The notes under the pieces were generated by a model, which worked only from the letters and a program-made list of their open reading frames with translations, searched no databases and was not told the DNA's origin. A program made the translations under genes and the position numbers. Source: the human T2T-CHM13v2.0 reference genome, Homo sapiens. Taken from it: a stretch of DNA of 64,000 nucleotides. Where the stretch lies: the NCBI RefSeq assembly GCF_009914755.1, contig NC_060935.1, one strand, 5' to 3'. Shown piece by piece: positions 26,240-37,200 of the stretch. Every line of letters starts with the position of its first letter. Positions within the stretch are counted from its first letter, which is position 1.

Positions 26240-28059
26240 TAATTTGGTTCTCAGCTTGAACATTATTAGCGTATGGAAGTGCTACTGACTTTTGTATGTT
26301 GATTTTTGTATCCTGAGACTTTACTGAAGTCACTAATCAGGTCTAGGAATCTTCTAGAAGAGTCTTTAGGGTTTTCTAGGTAAACAATCATATCTTCAGT
26401 GAACAGAGATAATTTGACATCCTTTTTCCCAATTTGGATGCCTTTTATTTCTTTCTCGTACGTGATAGCTCTGTTTGGGACTTCCAGTATTATATTGAAT
26501 AGAATTAGTTAAAGTAGCCATCCTTGTCTTTTCCCAGTTCTTAGTGAAAATGGTTTCAACTTTTCCCTGTTCAATCTGATGTTGCCTGTAGTTTGTCATG
26601 CATGGCTCTTATTATTTTGAAGTATGTTCCATCTATGCTAGTTTGTTGAGGGTATTTATTATGAAGAGATGTTGGATTTTATCCAGTACTGTTTTTTGCA
26701 TCTATTGAGATGATCATATAGTTTTCATTCTTATATCTGTTTATGTGGTGGATCATGTTTATTGATTTATGTATATTGAGCCATCCTTGCATCCCTTGAG
26801 CGAAGCACATTTGATCATGGCAAATTATCTTTATGATGTATTGTTGGATTCAGTTTGCTAGTGTTTTGTTGAGGAGTTTTGCATTGATGTTAATCAGAAA
26901 TATTGACCTATAATTCCTTTTTTATTGTCATTTTGTCCTTCCCTGATTTTGGTATCATGGTGATACAGGATTTGTAGAGTGAGTTAGGAAGACATTCCTT
27001 CTCCTTGATTTTTTGGAATAGTTTTAGTAAGGTTGGTACTGGCTTTTCTTTGTACATCTGGTAAAATTTGGCTTTGAATTCATGTGGTACTAGGCTTTCT
27101 TTTTGTTAGGAGATTTTTTCTTATTACTGATTCAATTTCATTACTCATTGTTGGTCTATTCAGGGTTTCTATTTCTTCCTAGTTCAATCCTGGAAGTTTG
27201 TATGTTTACAGGACTTTATCCATTTCCTCTAGGTGTTCTAGCTTGCGTTCATAAAGGTCATCATACTAGTCTCTGTATCGGTTGTGATGTCATCTTGATC
27301 ATTTCTGATTCTACTTATTTGAGTCTTCTCTCTTTTTTTTTCTTAGCCCAACTAGCGTTCTATGAATTTTCTTTATCCTTTCAAAGAACCAAACTTTTAC
27401 TTCATTAATTCTTTTTATCTTTTTTTTTTTGGCCTCAACCTCATTTAGTTCTGCTGTAATATTTGTTACTTTTTTCTGCTACCTTTCATTTGTTCTTGTT
27501 TTTCTAGTTCTTTGAGATGCACCACTAGGTTTCTAATTAAAAATCTTATATTTTTTGTGTTTACTGATTTATGTATATTGAGCCATCCTTGCATCTCTGG
27601 AAAAAAAACACATTTGATCATGGTGGATTATCTTTTTGATGTATTTCTGGATTCAGTTTGATAGTATTTTGTTGAAGATTTAATGCTATAAACTTTAATG
27701 CTATAAACATTCCTCTTACCATTGCCTTTGCTGTATCCCAGAGGTTTTTGTATGTTACATTTCTACTTTCATTCATTAATTTTTTTTTATTTCTGACTTG
27801 ATGTTGTTGTTTAACATGATCTTTTTTGTTTTCAATTTATGTAATAGATATTTCTACAACCCTTTACTTTGAACCTATGGATGTCATTACATGCAATGTG
27901 GGTATCTTGAAGAGGTCAAATGATTAGATCTTATTTATTTATCCAATTTGCCACTATATGTTTTAAGTGGGGTATTTAGGTTATTTACATTCAAGATTGA
28001 TATTGATACATGATGTTTTGTTCCTGACATAGTGTTGTTAGCTAGTTGTTTTGGAGTTT
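26240..28059 (-). mobile_element. Antisense L1 ORF2 segment; part of it is an inverted duplicate of 24972-25709
   Basis: Antisense RT-region sequence (ttgtatcctgagactttactgaag, ttgagatgatcatat). 27215-28059 reverse-complements 24972-25709. Confidence 0.9.
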
Positions 28060-28159
28060 CAAATAATTTATTTACATCTTAATACTCCCTTTTTTTCATC
28101 ACTCTGTTTCCCAGCTAGCCTCATACATGTCTCTAAAGCTTTATATGTTACTATATCTT

Positions 28160-28410
28160 TATGGTCAAAAGATCTCTACAGTGATTCAGAATGTCGGCTC
28201 TGGCATCAGACATCCTACTTGGAATTTTGCCTCTATTATTTACTAATTGTGTAACATTGGGCAAGGTACATAGCTTCTCTGAGCTTCAGTTTCTCACAAA
28301 AGTGTCTAACTAAAAGGATATTTTAATAAGAAATGAATTAAAACACACATATATAAATATTCATTGTATAGTGTGTGGCAGGTAGTGAGTATTCAGTAAA
28401 TGGTAGCTAT
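28160..28410. mobile_element. MIR
   Basis: gtgtaacattgggcaaggtacatagcttctctgagcttcagtttctc. Confidence 0.7.
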
Positions 28411-28528
28411 CATCATCACCATCTTGTCTCCATTGTCAATACTTTTTAAATGTTTTGGGTGAGATGACATTAGAACTACAAACTGGTAAGATTTTCTGAG
28501 AACTTCTTTTGGTCATACATTTTCTATT

Positions 28529-28823
28529 TTTTTTTTCTTGAAATGGAGTCTCACTTTGTTGGTCAGGCTGGAGTGCAGCGGCACGATCTTGGCTCACTGC
28601 CACCTCTGCCTACTGGGTTCAAATGGTTCTCCCACCTCAGTCTCTCAAGTAGCTAGGATTACAGGTGTGCACCACCATGCCCTGCTAATTTTTTGTGTAT
28701 TTTTAATAGAGGTGGGTTTCACCATGGTGACCAGGCTAGTCTCGAACTCCTGACCTCAAGTGACCTGCCCACTTTGGCCTCCCAAAGTGCTGTGATTACA
28801 GGCACGAGCCACCATGCCTGACC
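28529..28823 (-). mobile_element. Alu (AluS)
   Basis: Perfect 19-bp TSD tggtcatacattttctatt (28510-28528 and 28824-28842). Confidence 0.96.
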
Positions 28824-29089
28824 TGGTCATACATTTTCTATTCATGAGCATAGAATGGTTTATTTTTTTCTAAATCTAAATTCAGCTCACCACTGAGATT
28901 TATTCATTCAGGAATATCTATTAAGTACCTAATATGGTGCTTGGCACATATGCATGCAATTAATATTAGTTTAATAAAGGAAAAAGCTGTGAATTAAAAA
29001 AGAAAACTGAACTGTTATTTGGTATACATGGTGCTAGATGCTGGATACAAGGATACATATGCTACCTTTTTATGTTATTTAATAATGGC

Positions 29090-29300
29090 TGTCATTTATT
29101 AAGGGTTCAGTGTAAGTTAAGGTCTGTTTTTGGATAAAATGCAAGCGTTATCCCCTGACAATCATTTTGAGGTAGGTATTGTTATTCCTGTTACACAAGT
29201 AAGGAAATTGAGGTTTATCTAAGGTTACATGGTTAATAAGTGGAAGAGATGTAATTCAAATCCATGTCTTTCTGATTCTAGAGGTCAAGCTTTTATACAT
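29090..29300. mobile_element. MIR
   Basis: gaggtaggtattgttattcctg...aaggaaattgagg...aaggttacatggttaataagtgg. Confidence 0.7.
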
Positions 29301-29379
29301 TGCAGATGTGTAAATAACTTGACCTCCCACCACAATGACATGAACTGGCAATACGGAAAAGTCATTGACTTTCTAATAG

Positions 29380-29652
29380 TAGAAGATTAGTAACCTTTTC
29401 TACTCCTGCTAATTTTAGTGAACCAGAGCGTGGATCTACTCCTCTGTTTTTGTACAGCCCGCAAGCTAAGGAGTTTTTTTTTTTTTTTTAACATTTTTAA
29501 ATGTTTGAAAAATCCGAAAGAATAACACTTCATCACATGTTAAAATCATATAACAGTACCTACATTATACCCTCAATTTTGCCTTTTGCCTTGCAAAGCT
29601 TCAAGTATTTACTAAGTGACCCTTTCTAGAAAACATCTGCCTAACCTTGAAC
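29380..29652. mobile_element. hAT-Charlie MITE, MER58-type
   Basis: ctgtttttgtacagcccgcaagctaag and aagtatttactaagtgaccctttctagaaaacatctgcc match MER58 motifs. Confidence 0.75.
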
Positions 29653-30478
29653 TAGACTATTTGGGATGTCCTTCAGTAATGTGAGTAATGCTTATGCCAT
29701 AGTTGATTTACAGAAAAAAATGTATCACTAGTAAATAGACATATTAGTCCTACACAGTTTCTGGAACTGTTTTCTTACACTTCAGTGCAAAAGAGCTAGA
29801 GCAACAACAAAACAGAAGCAAAAATCAAAAGACTACTAGTACATTGGGCTGATGCTTCATGTAAAAATGAGATTCATTCTCTCAAGAATTTATTTATATA
29901 ATTAATGAAAAATTCCACACAAAAGTAACCTGTTAAAAATAAATGATTTTAAATACCCTTTTAAATGTGCAGACAATAAACTGAATCCTTCCTTAAACTT
30001 GAGTATTACCCAAAGATTATTTTACATACTAGTTGAGCCTAAATGAAGATCACAAATTAAAACTTTCTGAAATAATTAAAAGATAGGAAAGAAAGAATTG
30101 GGCCAAGGACGGGGAGCAGATTTGCTTTAAGGCAAGGCATGAAGTTTTTAGCCAAGATGTAAGATAAGTTGAAAATTGATCACTAGTCAACTGAGTTATG
30201 AAATGAAACAGCTTCCAACGATTTTTTAAATTAAACATGGTATAAATTATTCAGATAGAACTGTTGAGTTTATAGCTTATAAGAGAAAAAATGCAAATCT
30301 ATGTTACTTGATTAAACTATACAACAGCAAATGAGCTAAGGGAATCAAGAAAGCAAGCAATTTACTTCTTCAGGTACTTGATCAGGAGGCCAGGACTATT
30401 GTGAGTGCTCTGCAATACACGAATGAAGTTGAAAACAAATTTGGCAGAGCAAAACACTCAAGCACACATATGCGAACA

Positions 30479-30622
30479 GCATAAGAATTCCTGTAAAGGG
30501 CTGTTTAGATTTTTACTTTGGTTATGGTATAACCATAACCAAAACCGTAACCATAGTATAATCATGGTTATACCATAACCAAAGTAAAAATTCAAAACAG
30601 TCCTTTACAGGAATTCTTATGC
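30479..30622. repeat. Long inverted repeat (hairpin) with ~58-bp arms
   Basis: Left arm gcataagaattcctgtaaagggctgtttagatttttactttggttatggtataaccat pairs with right arm atggttataccataaccaaagtaaaaattcaaaacagtcctttacaggaattcttatgc with about 3 differences. Confidence 0.95.
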
Positions 30623-30974
30623 AGTTTGGGACTGGATTGGATTTGCAAAGGGAAAAAAAAACTATTTCTTTATGAAAATGCAGTTATCAGGTTGAAAAGC
30701 ATAATGTTATACTCACAGTCAAACTGTCTTAAAAATCTACTCACCAGTTAATTATGTTTTTCTCATTGGATATGTGGAAAAGAAATAACTGTGTCATCTA
30801 GAGGGGCTGTTCTAAGTAGAGTCTAGTGGAGGCAAAAATTGCCTGAGGAGTTGAAAGAAACATAGCAGAGGGAAATTTCTAGTAGATAATAACTGCCATC
30901 ACCCTTGGTCAGAGGAACACCGTTAGCTTTAAAACTATGGTAGTTTCCAAGAAACTCTAAATATAATTTTTTTA

Positions 30975-31277
30975 GAGAGAATATTTTCAAACTATTCATC
31001 TGACAAAGGATTAATATCCAGAATATCCAAGGAACTGAAATAACTCAATAGCAGAAAAACAAATAATCTGATTTACAAATGGGCAAATGAGCTGAATAGA
31101 TACCTATCAAAACAAGACATGCAAATGGGCACCAGATAAAAGTATTCAACATCATAATCATCAGGGAAATTCAAATCAGACCACAATGAGACATCATGTC
31201 ATCCCAGTTAGAATGGCTGTTATAAAAAAGGCAAATATAACAGATGCTGGTGAGGATGTAGAGAAAGGGGAACTCTT
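30975..31277 (+). mobile_element. L1 ORF2 3' fragment (L1M/L1PB-age)
   Basis: catctgacaaaggattaatatccagaatat and cagttagaatggctgttataaaaaag. Confidence 0.85.
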
Positions 31278-31368
31278 TTTAATGATATTTTTGTTTTCTT
31301 TTATTGCTTGCAAATATTGTATATAGTTCTATCATCATATATAGATAATTTTGTATCTTATATATGCT

Positions 31369-34300
31369 TTTTATTATACGTTAAGTTCTTGAATACATGT
31401 ACAGAATGTGCAGGTTTGTAACATAGGTATACACTTGCTATGGTGGTTTCCTGCACCCATCAACTCATCATCTACATTAGGTATTTCTCCTAATGCTATC
31501 GCTCCCCTAGCACCCAACCCCCCTCCCCAAGCCCGGACAGGTCCCAGTGTGTGATGTTCCCCTCCCCGTGTCCGTGTGTTCTCATTGTTCAACTTCCACT
31601 TACGAGTGAGAACCTGTGGTGTTTGGTTTTCTGTTCCTGTGTTAGTTTGCTGAGAGTGATGGTTTCCAGCTTCATCCATGTCCCTGCAAAGGACATGAAC
31701 TCATCCTTTTTTACGGCTGCATAGTATTCCATGGGGTATATGTGCCACATTTTCTGTATCCAGTCTATCATTGATGGGCATTTGAGCTAGTTCCAAGTCT
31801 TTGCTACTGTGAATAGTGCTGCAGTAAACATACATGTACATGTGTCTTTATAGTAGAATGATATATAATCCTTTTGGTATATACCCAGTAATGCGATTGC
31901 TGGGTCAAATGGTATTTCTGGTTCTAGATCCCTCAGGAATTGCCACACTGTCTTCCACAATGGTTGAACTAATTTACACTCCCACCAACAGTGTAAAAGC
32001 ATTCCAATTTCTCCACATCCTCTGTAGCACCTGTTGTTTCCTGACCTTTTAGTGATTGCCATTCTAAATGGCATGAGATGGTATCTCTTTGTGGTTTTGA
32101 TTTGCGTTTCTCTAATGACCAGCAATGATGAGATTTTCTTCATATGTTTGTCGGCTGCATAAATGTCTTCTTTTGCAAAGTGTCTGTGCATATCCTTCAC
32201 CCACTTTTTGATGGGTTTGTTCTTTTCTTGTAAATTAGTTTAAGTTCTTTGTAGATTCTTGATGTTGGCCCTTTATCAGACAGATAGATTGCAAAAATAT
32301 CCCTTTCTGTAGGTTGTCTGTTCAGTCTGATGATAGTTTCTTTTGCTGTGCAGAAGCTCTTTAGTTTAATTAGATCTCATTTGTCAATTTTGGCTTTTGT
32401 TGTCATTGCTTTTGGTGTTTTAGTCATGAAGTCTTTGCCCATGCCTATGTCCCGAATGGTATTGCCTAGGTTTTCTTCAAGGGTTTTTGTGGTTTTAGGT
32501 CTTACGTTTAAGTCTTTAATCCAACTTGAGTTAATTTTTGTATAAGGTGTAAGGAAGGGGTCCAGTTTCAGTTTTCTGCATATGGCTAGCCAGTTTTGCA
32601 AATAGCGTTTATTAAATAGAAAATTCTTTCCCCATGGCTTGTTTTTGTCGGGTTTCTCAAAGACCAGATGGTTGTAGATGTGTGGCATTATAATTGAGGC
32701 CTCTGTTGTGTTCCACTGGTCTATATATCCGTTTTGGTACCAGTACCATGCTGTTTTGGTTACTGTAGCCTTGTAGTATAGTTTAAAGTAGGGTAGCATG
32801 ATGCCTCCAGCTTTGTTCTTTTTTCTTAGGATTGTCTTTGCTGTATGGGCTCTTTTTTGGTTCCATATGAAATTTAAAGTAGTTTTTTCTAAATGTGTGA
32901 AGAAAGTTAATGGTATCTTGATGGGGATATCATTGAATCTATACATTACTTTGGGCACTATGGCCATTTTCATGATATTGATTCTTCCTATCCATGAGCA
33001 TGGACGCCTTTTCCATTTGTTTGTGTCCTCTGTTATTTCCTTGAGCAGTAGTTTGCAGTTTTCCTTGAAACGGTCCTTCACATCCCTTGTGAGATATGTT
33101 CCTAGGTATTTTATTCTCTTTGTAGCAATCGTGAATGGAAGTTCACTCATCATTTGGCTCTCTGTTTGTCTGTTATTGGTGTATAGGAATGCTTGTGATT
33201 TTTGCACATTGATTTTGTATCCTGAGAGTTTGCTGAAGTTGCTTATTAAGGAGATTTTGGGCTGAGACGATAGGGTTTGCTATATATACAGTCGTGTCTC
33301 CTGCAAACAGAGACAATTTGACTTCCTCTCTGCCTATTCGAATGCTCTTTATTTCTTCCTCATGCCTGATTGCCCTCTCTAGAACTTCCAATATCATGTT
33401 GAATAGGAGTGGTGAGAGAGGGCATCCTTGTCTTGTGCCGGTTTTCAAAGGGAATGCTTCCACCTTTTGCCCATTCAGTATGATACTGGCTGTGGGTTTT
33501 TCATAAATAGCTCTTATTATTTTGAGATAAGTTCCATCAGTACCTAGCTTATTGAGAGTTTTTAGCATGAAGGGGCGGGGTGTTGAATTTTGTTGAAGGT
33601 CGTTTTTGCATCTATTGAGGTAATCATGTGGTTTTTGTCACTAGTTCTGTTTATGTGATGGATTATGTTTATTGATTTGCATATGTTGAACCAGCCTTGA
33701 ATCCCAGGGATGAAGCTGATCTGATAAGCTGGTGGTGGATAAGCTTTTTGATGTGCTGCTGGATTTGGTTTGCCAGTGTTTTATTGAGGATTTCCACATT
33801 GATGTTCATTAGGAATATTGGGCTGAAATTTCTTTTTTTGTTGTGTCTCTACCAGGTTTTGGTATCAGGATGATGCTGCCCTCATAAAATGAGTTAGAGA
33901 GGAGTCCCTCTTTTCTACTTTTTGGAATAGTTTCAGAAGGAATGGTACCAGCTCCTCTTTGTACCACTGGTAGAATTCGGCTGTGAATCCATCTGATCCT
34001 GGGCTTTTTTTTGGTTGGTAGGCTATTAATTACTGCCTCAATTTCAGAGTTTGTTACTGGTCTATTCAGAGGTTTGACTTCTTTCTTCTTTAGTCTTGGA
34101 AGGGTGTATATGTCCAGATTTTCTAGTTTATTTGCATAGAGGTGTTTATAGTATTCTCTGATGGTAGTTTGTATTTCTGTGGGATCAGTGGTGATATCCA
34201 CTTTGCCATTTTTTATTGTGTCTATTTGATTCTTCTCTCTTTTCTTCTTTATTAATCTGGCTAGTGGTCTATTTTGTTAATCTTTTCAAAAAAACAGCTC

Positions 34301-34490
34301 CTAGATTCATTGAGGTTTTTGAAGGGTTTTTTGTGTCTGTATCTCCTTCAGTTCTGTTCTGATGTTAGTTATTTCTTGTCTTCTGCTAGCTTTTGAATTT
34401 GTTTGCTTTTGCTTCTCTAGTTCTTTTAATTGTGATGTTAGAGTGTCAACTTTAGATCTTTCCAGCTTTCTCCTGTGGGCATTTAGTGAT
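31369..34490 (-). mobile_element. 5'-truncated L1PA (about L1PA7/8), ~3.1 kb, ORF2 disrupted
   Basis: Frameshifted ORF2 pieces: 33809..34201 ([27 protein letters not shown]), 33173..33568 ([14 protein letters not shown]), 32377..33207 and 31787..32200. The 3' UTR ends at ~31369. Confidence 0.97.
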
Positions 34491-36466
34491 ATTAATAGAA
34501 ATAAATTTGATTTTTAACATTAGGCAGAGTATCCTTGAATTCATACAATATAGAAGAGTAGGCATTTAGGTATAGTGCTACTTATGCTACAGCTCTTCAA
34601 ACTGCAGAGCACCGTCAGGAGGTTGGGGTGGGTATTTTTACATTATAGTCTTTTCTATATTCTTCAAATAAGGAACAAAACTATGTTGTCCAGTTGCCTG
34701 TTATTTTCCAAAAAGTGTATCCTGGAATCTTAGAATAATCCCCTTTATTGTTACGTCTTGTAATACAAAGATTGGGGCTGTATACATATATTATTAAAAA
34801 TATTTTTACTTTATTTAAAAATATATCTTTTATTATATGTCAAACACTATAAAAGGCTTTAAAATGTAATTAATTATGATGTGAATATAAAGTCTTCTAA
34901 TGTATAATTTAATAGATATATATGACACATTTTCTCAACTGTAATGGAAGAATATTCATTTCAGCAACTTTTTTCTATGTTAGGTTTCTGAGATAAATCA
35001 TGCTAAAATTACAGAAAGTTGTAACGTTGTAAATAAGTGGGATGAATTTTTATACTGATAACATTGTTTTGCTCTTAGAGTATCAAATCAATTATCAAAA
35101 TATAACATATTTTACTTGCTATTCATTGTAATAATGGGTATTAGGAAAATTCTTTCATAAATGTGAACATACCCATTGAACTAAGTTCGAAATTATAGGT
35201 AATATAAAATTACACGTTGAAAATTGTTCTGAACTGACAGTCATAGGCTGTGAGTTAAAATCATGAAGTTTTTAGCATCTAGAGATGTAGTCCCAGTGTG
35301 AAAAACTATCTTGCTTCAGGCTAAATCTGGCTATACAAGTGTTTTTGTTTTTTTACACTTGCAGTGTAAGAGCAGAATAGGCAGATAGTCCAATTTAACA
35401 AAGGCTGAAGTTGTGCCAGGGGAATAAAATGAAGGGAGAAAGGGGTAAGGAGTCATAGTAGTAGGCAAGAAAGTAATTATATAAGGAAATATTATGAAAT
35501 AACTGAAGAGGGTAGTTAAGCGTGAAAGCTTGAGAGACAATTTAATACACCTGCAAGTTATAAGAATTGCTATACTAAACGATTTTCTGGTTTTACTATG
35601 ACATCCTTTTCTCATCATAATGGATTTGTAGTACTCAAACTCTCTGTGTATGATGTATTTATCCTTTCACATTTTTCTTTTTAATGCTTAGCTTTAAAAT
35701 TTCCTAAGATTTTTAGTCAATTAAGACTGATCTGAATTTGGAAAAAAATGAACTTAGAAGTAAACAAATTAGGATTATTATATAATTGTTTATGTAGATG
35801 TTAGAAATTTTATCAAATGTATAAAACCTCTGCCAGAGTTCATAGACTATATTCACATTAAACACACTGATATACAACTTTTTCATTGTAGATTAGTTAT
35901 CATTTGTATTATTCAGTGTTGAAGTAGCTTTTTGTAACACATGAAATACAGGAGAAAAGACCTAAGATCAAAAATATTTTTATCACATTCTGTGGACAGT
36001 TTATCATTTCACAAAAGCATTTGCAATTTACTGTTTCACTTATGATGTAATTAAAAGTGTCTTTTTCAAGGGAAGCATATGCTGGTTTTCTTTGGTTTCT
36101 TTTTTATAATCCCTTTGGAGGACTGATTAATATCTGATAATATGTAAAGTGAAAATGGAAAGCCATAGCAAGAGATTACTCATCTGACCTGTTATATATA
36201 ACCAGAGAAAAAACGGGGCTAATGAAAGTTTCATTACAATTTGTCATTATCTTTACAGATTTTCCTTCCTCTTTCTCCAGCTGAATCTTAATTCAATTCT
36301 TATCTTCATATAATGGATGTTAGTATATTTTTTGAGATACCTATAATTAGCTCAACTGATATTTTGGAGAGACAGTTTTTATTAAAAGTTAACATTTCCT
36401 AAAGGTGATATGTTGTCCCATTCATAGGTGACTGATAACAAATATTTAAAAGAATTATAGCATTAT

Positions 36467-37200
36467 CAAATCAAAACCACAATGAGATACCATCTCACAC
36501 CAGTTAGAATGGTGATCATTAAAAAATCAGGAAACAACAGGTGCTGGAGAGGATGTGGAGAAATAGGAACACTTTTACACTGTTGGTGGGACTGTAAACC
36601 ACTTCAACCATTGTGGAAGTCAGTGTGGCGATTCCTCAGGGATCTAGAAGTAGAAATACCATTTGACTCAACCATCCCATTACTGGGTATATACCCAAAG
36701 GATTATAAAACATGCTGCTCTAAAGACATATACACACGTTATGTTTATTGAGGCACTATTCACAATAGCAAAGACTTGGAACCAAGCCAAATGTCCAACA
36801 ATGATAGACTGGATTAAGAAAATGTGGCACATATAAACCATGGAATACTATGCAGCCATAAAAAGTATGAGTTCATGTCCTTTGTAAGGACATGGATGAA
36901 GCTGGAAGCCATCATTCTCAGCAAACTATCACAAGGACAAAAAACGAAACATCGCATGTTCTCACTCATAGGTGGGAATTGAACAATGAGAACACATGGA
37001 CACAGGAAGGGGAACATCACACACCGGGGCCTGTTGTGGGGTGGGGGGAGAGGGGAGGGATAGCATTAGGAGATATACCTAATATTAAATGACGAGTTAC
37101 TGGGTGCAGCACACCAACATGGCACATGTATACATATGTAACAAACCTGCACGTTGTGCACATGTACCCTAAAACTTAAAGTATAATAATAATAAAAAAA
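36467..37200 (+). mobile_element. 5'-truncated young L1PA (about L1PA3-5), ~730 bp
   Basis: ORF2 C-terminus ([10 protein letters not shown]...), G-rich 3' UTR and poly-A tail. TSD aaaagaatt(a/g)tagcattat (36448-36466 and 37197-37215). Confidence 0.97.

Noticed and set aside
31787-34201. Long ORFs with reverse-transcriptase motifs as a novel RT system
   Set aside because: They are frameshifted pieces of ordinary L1 ORF2 in a 5'-truncated L1PA copy, and the catalytic region reads FAGD rather than FADD.
37185-37200. Sense L1 AATAAA/poly-A as a premature CNTN5 terminator
   Set aside because: This is generic to every sense L1 3' end, and nothing in the sequence indicates it is used.
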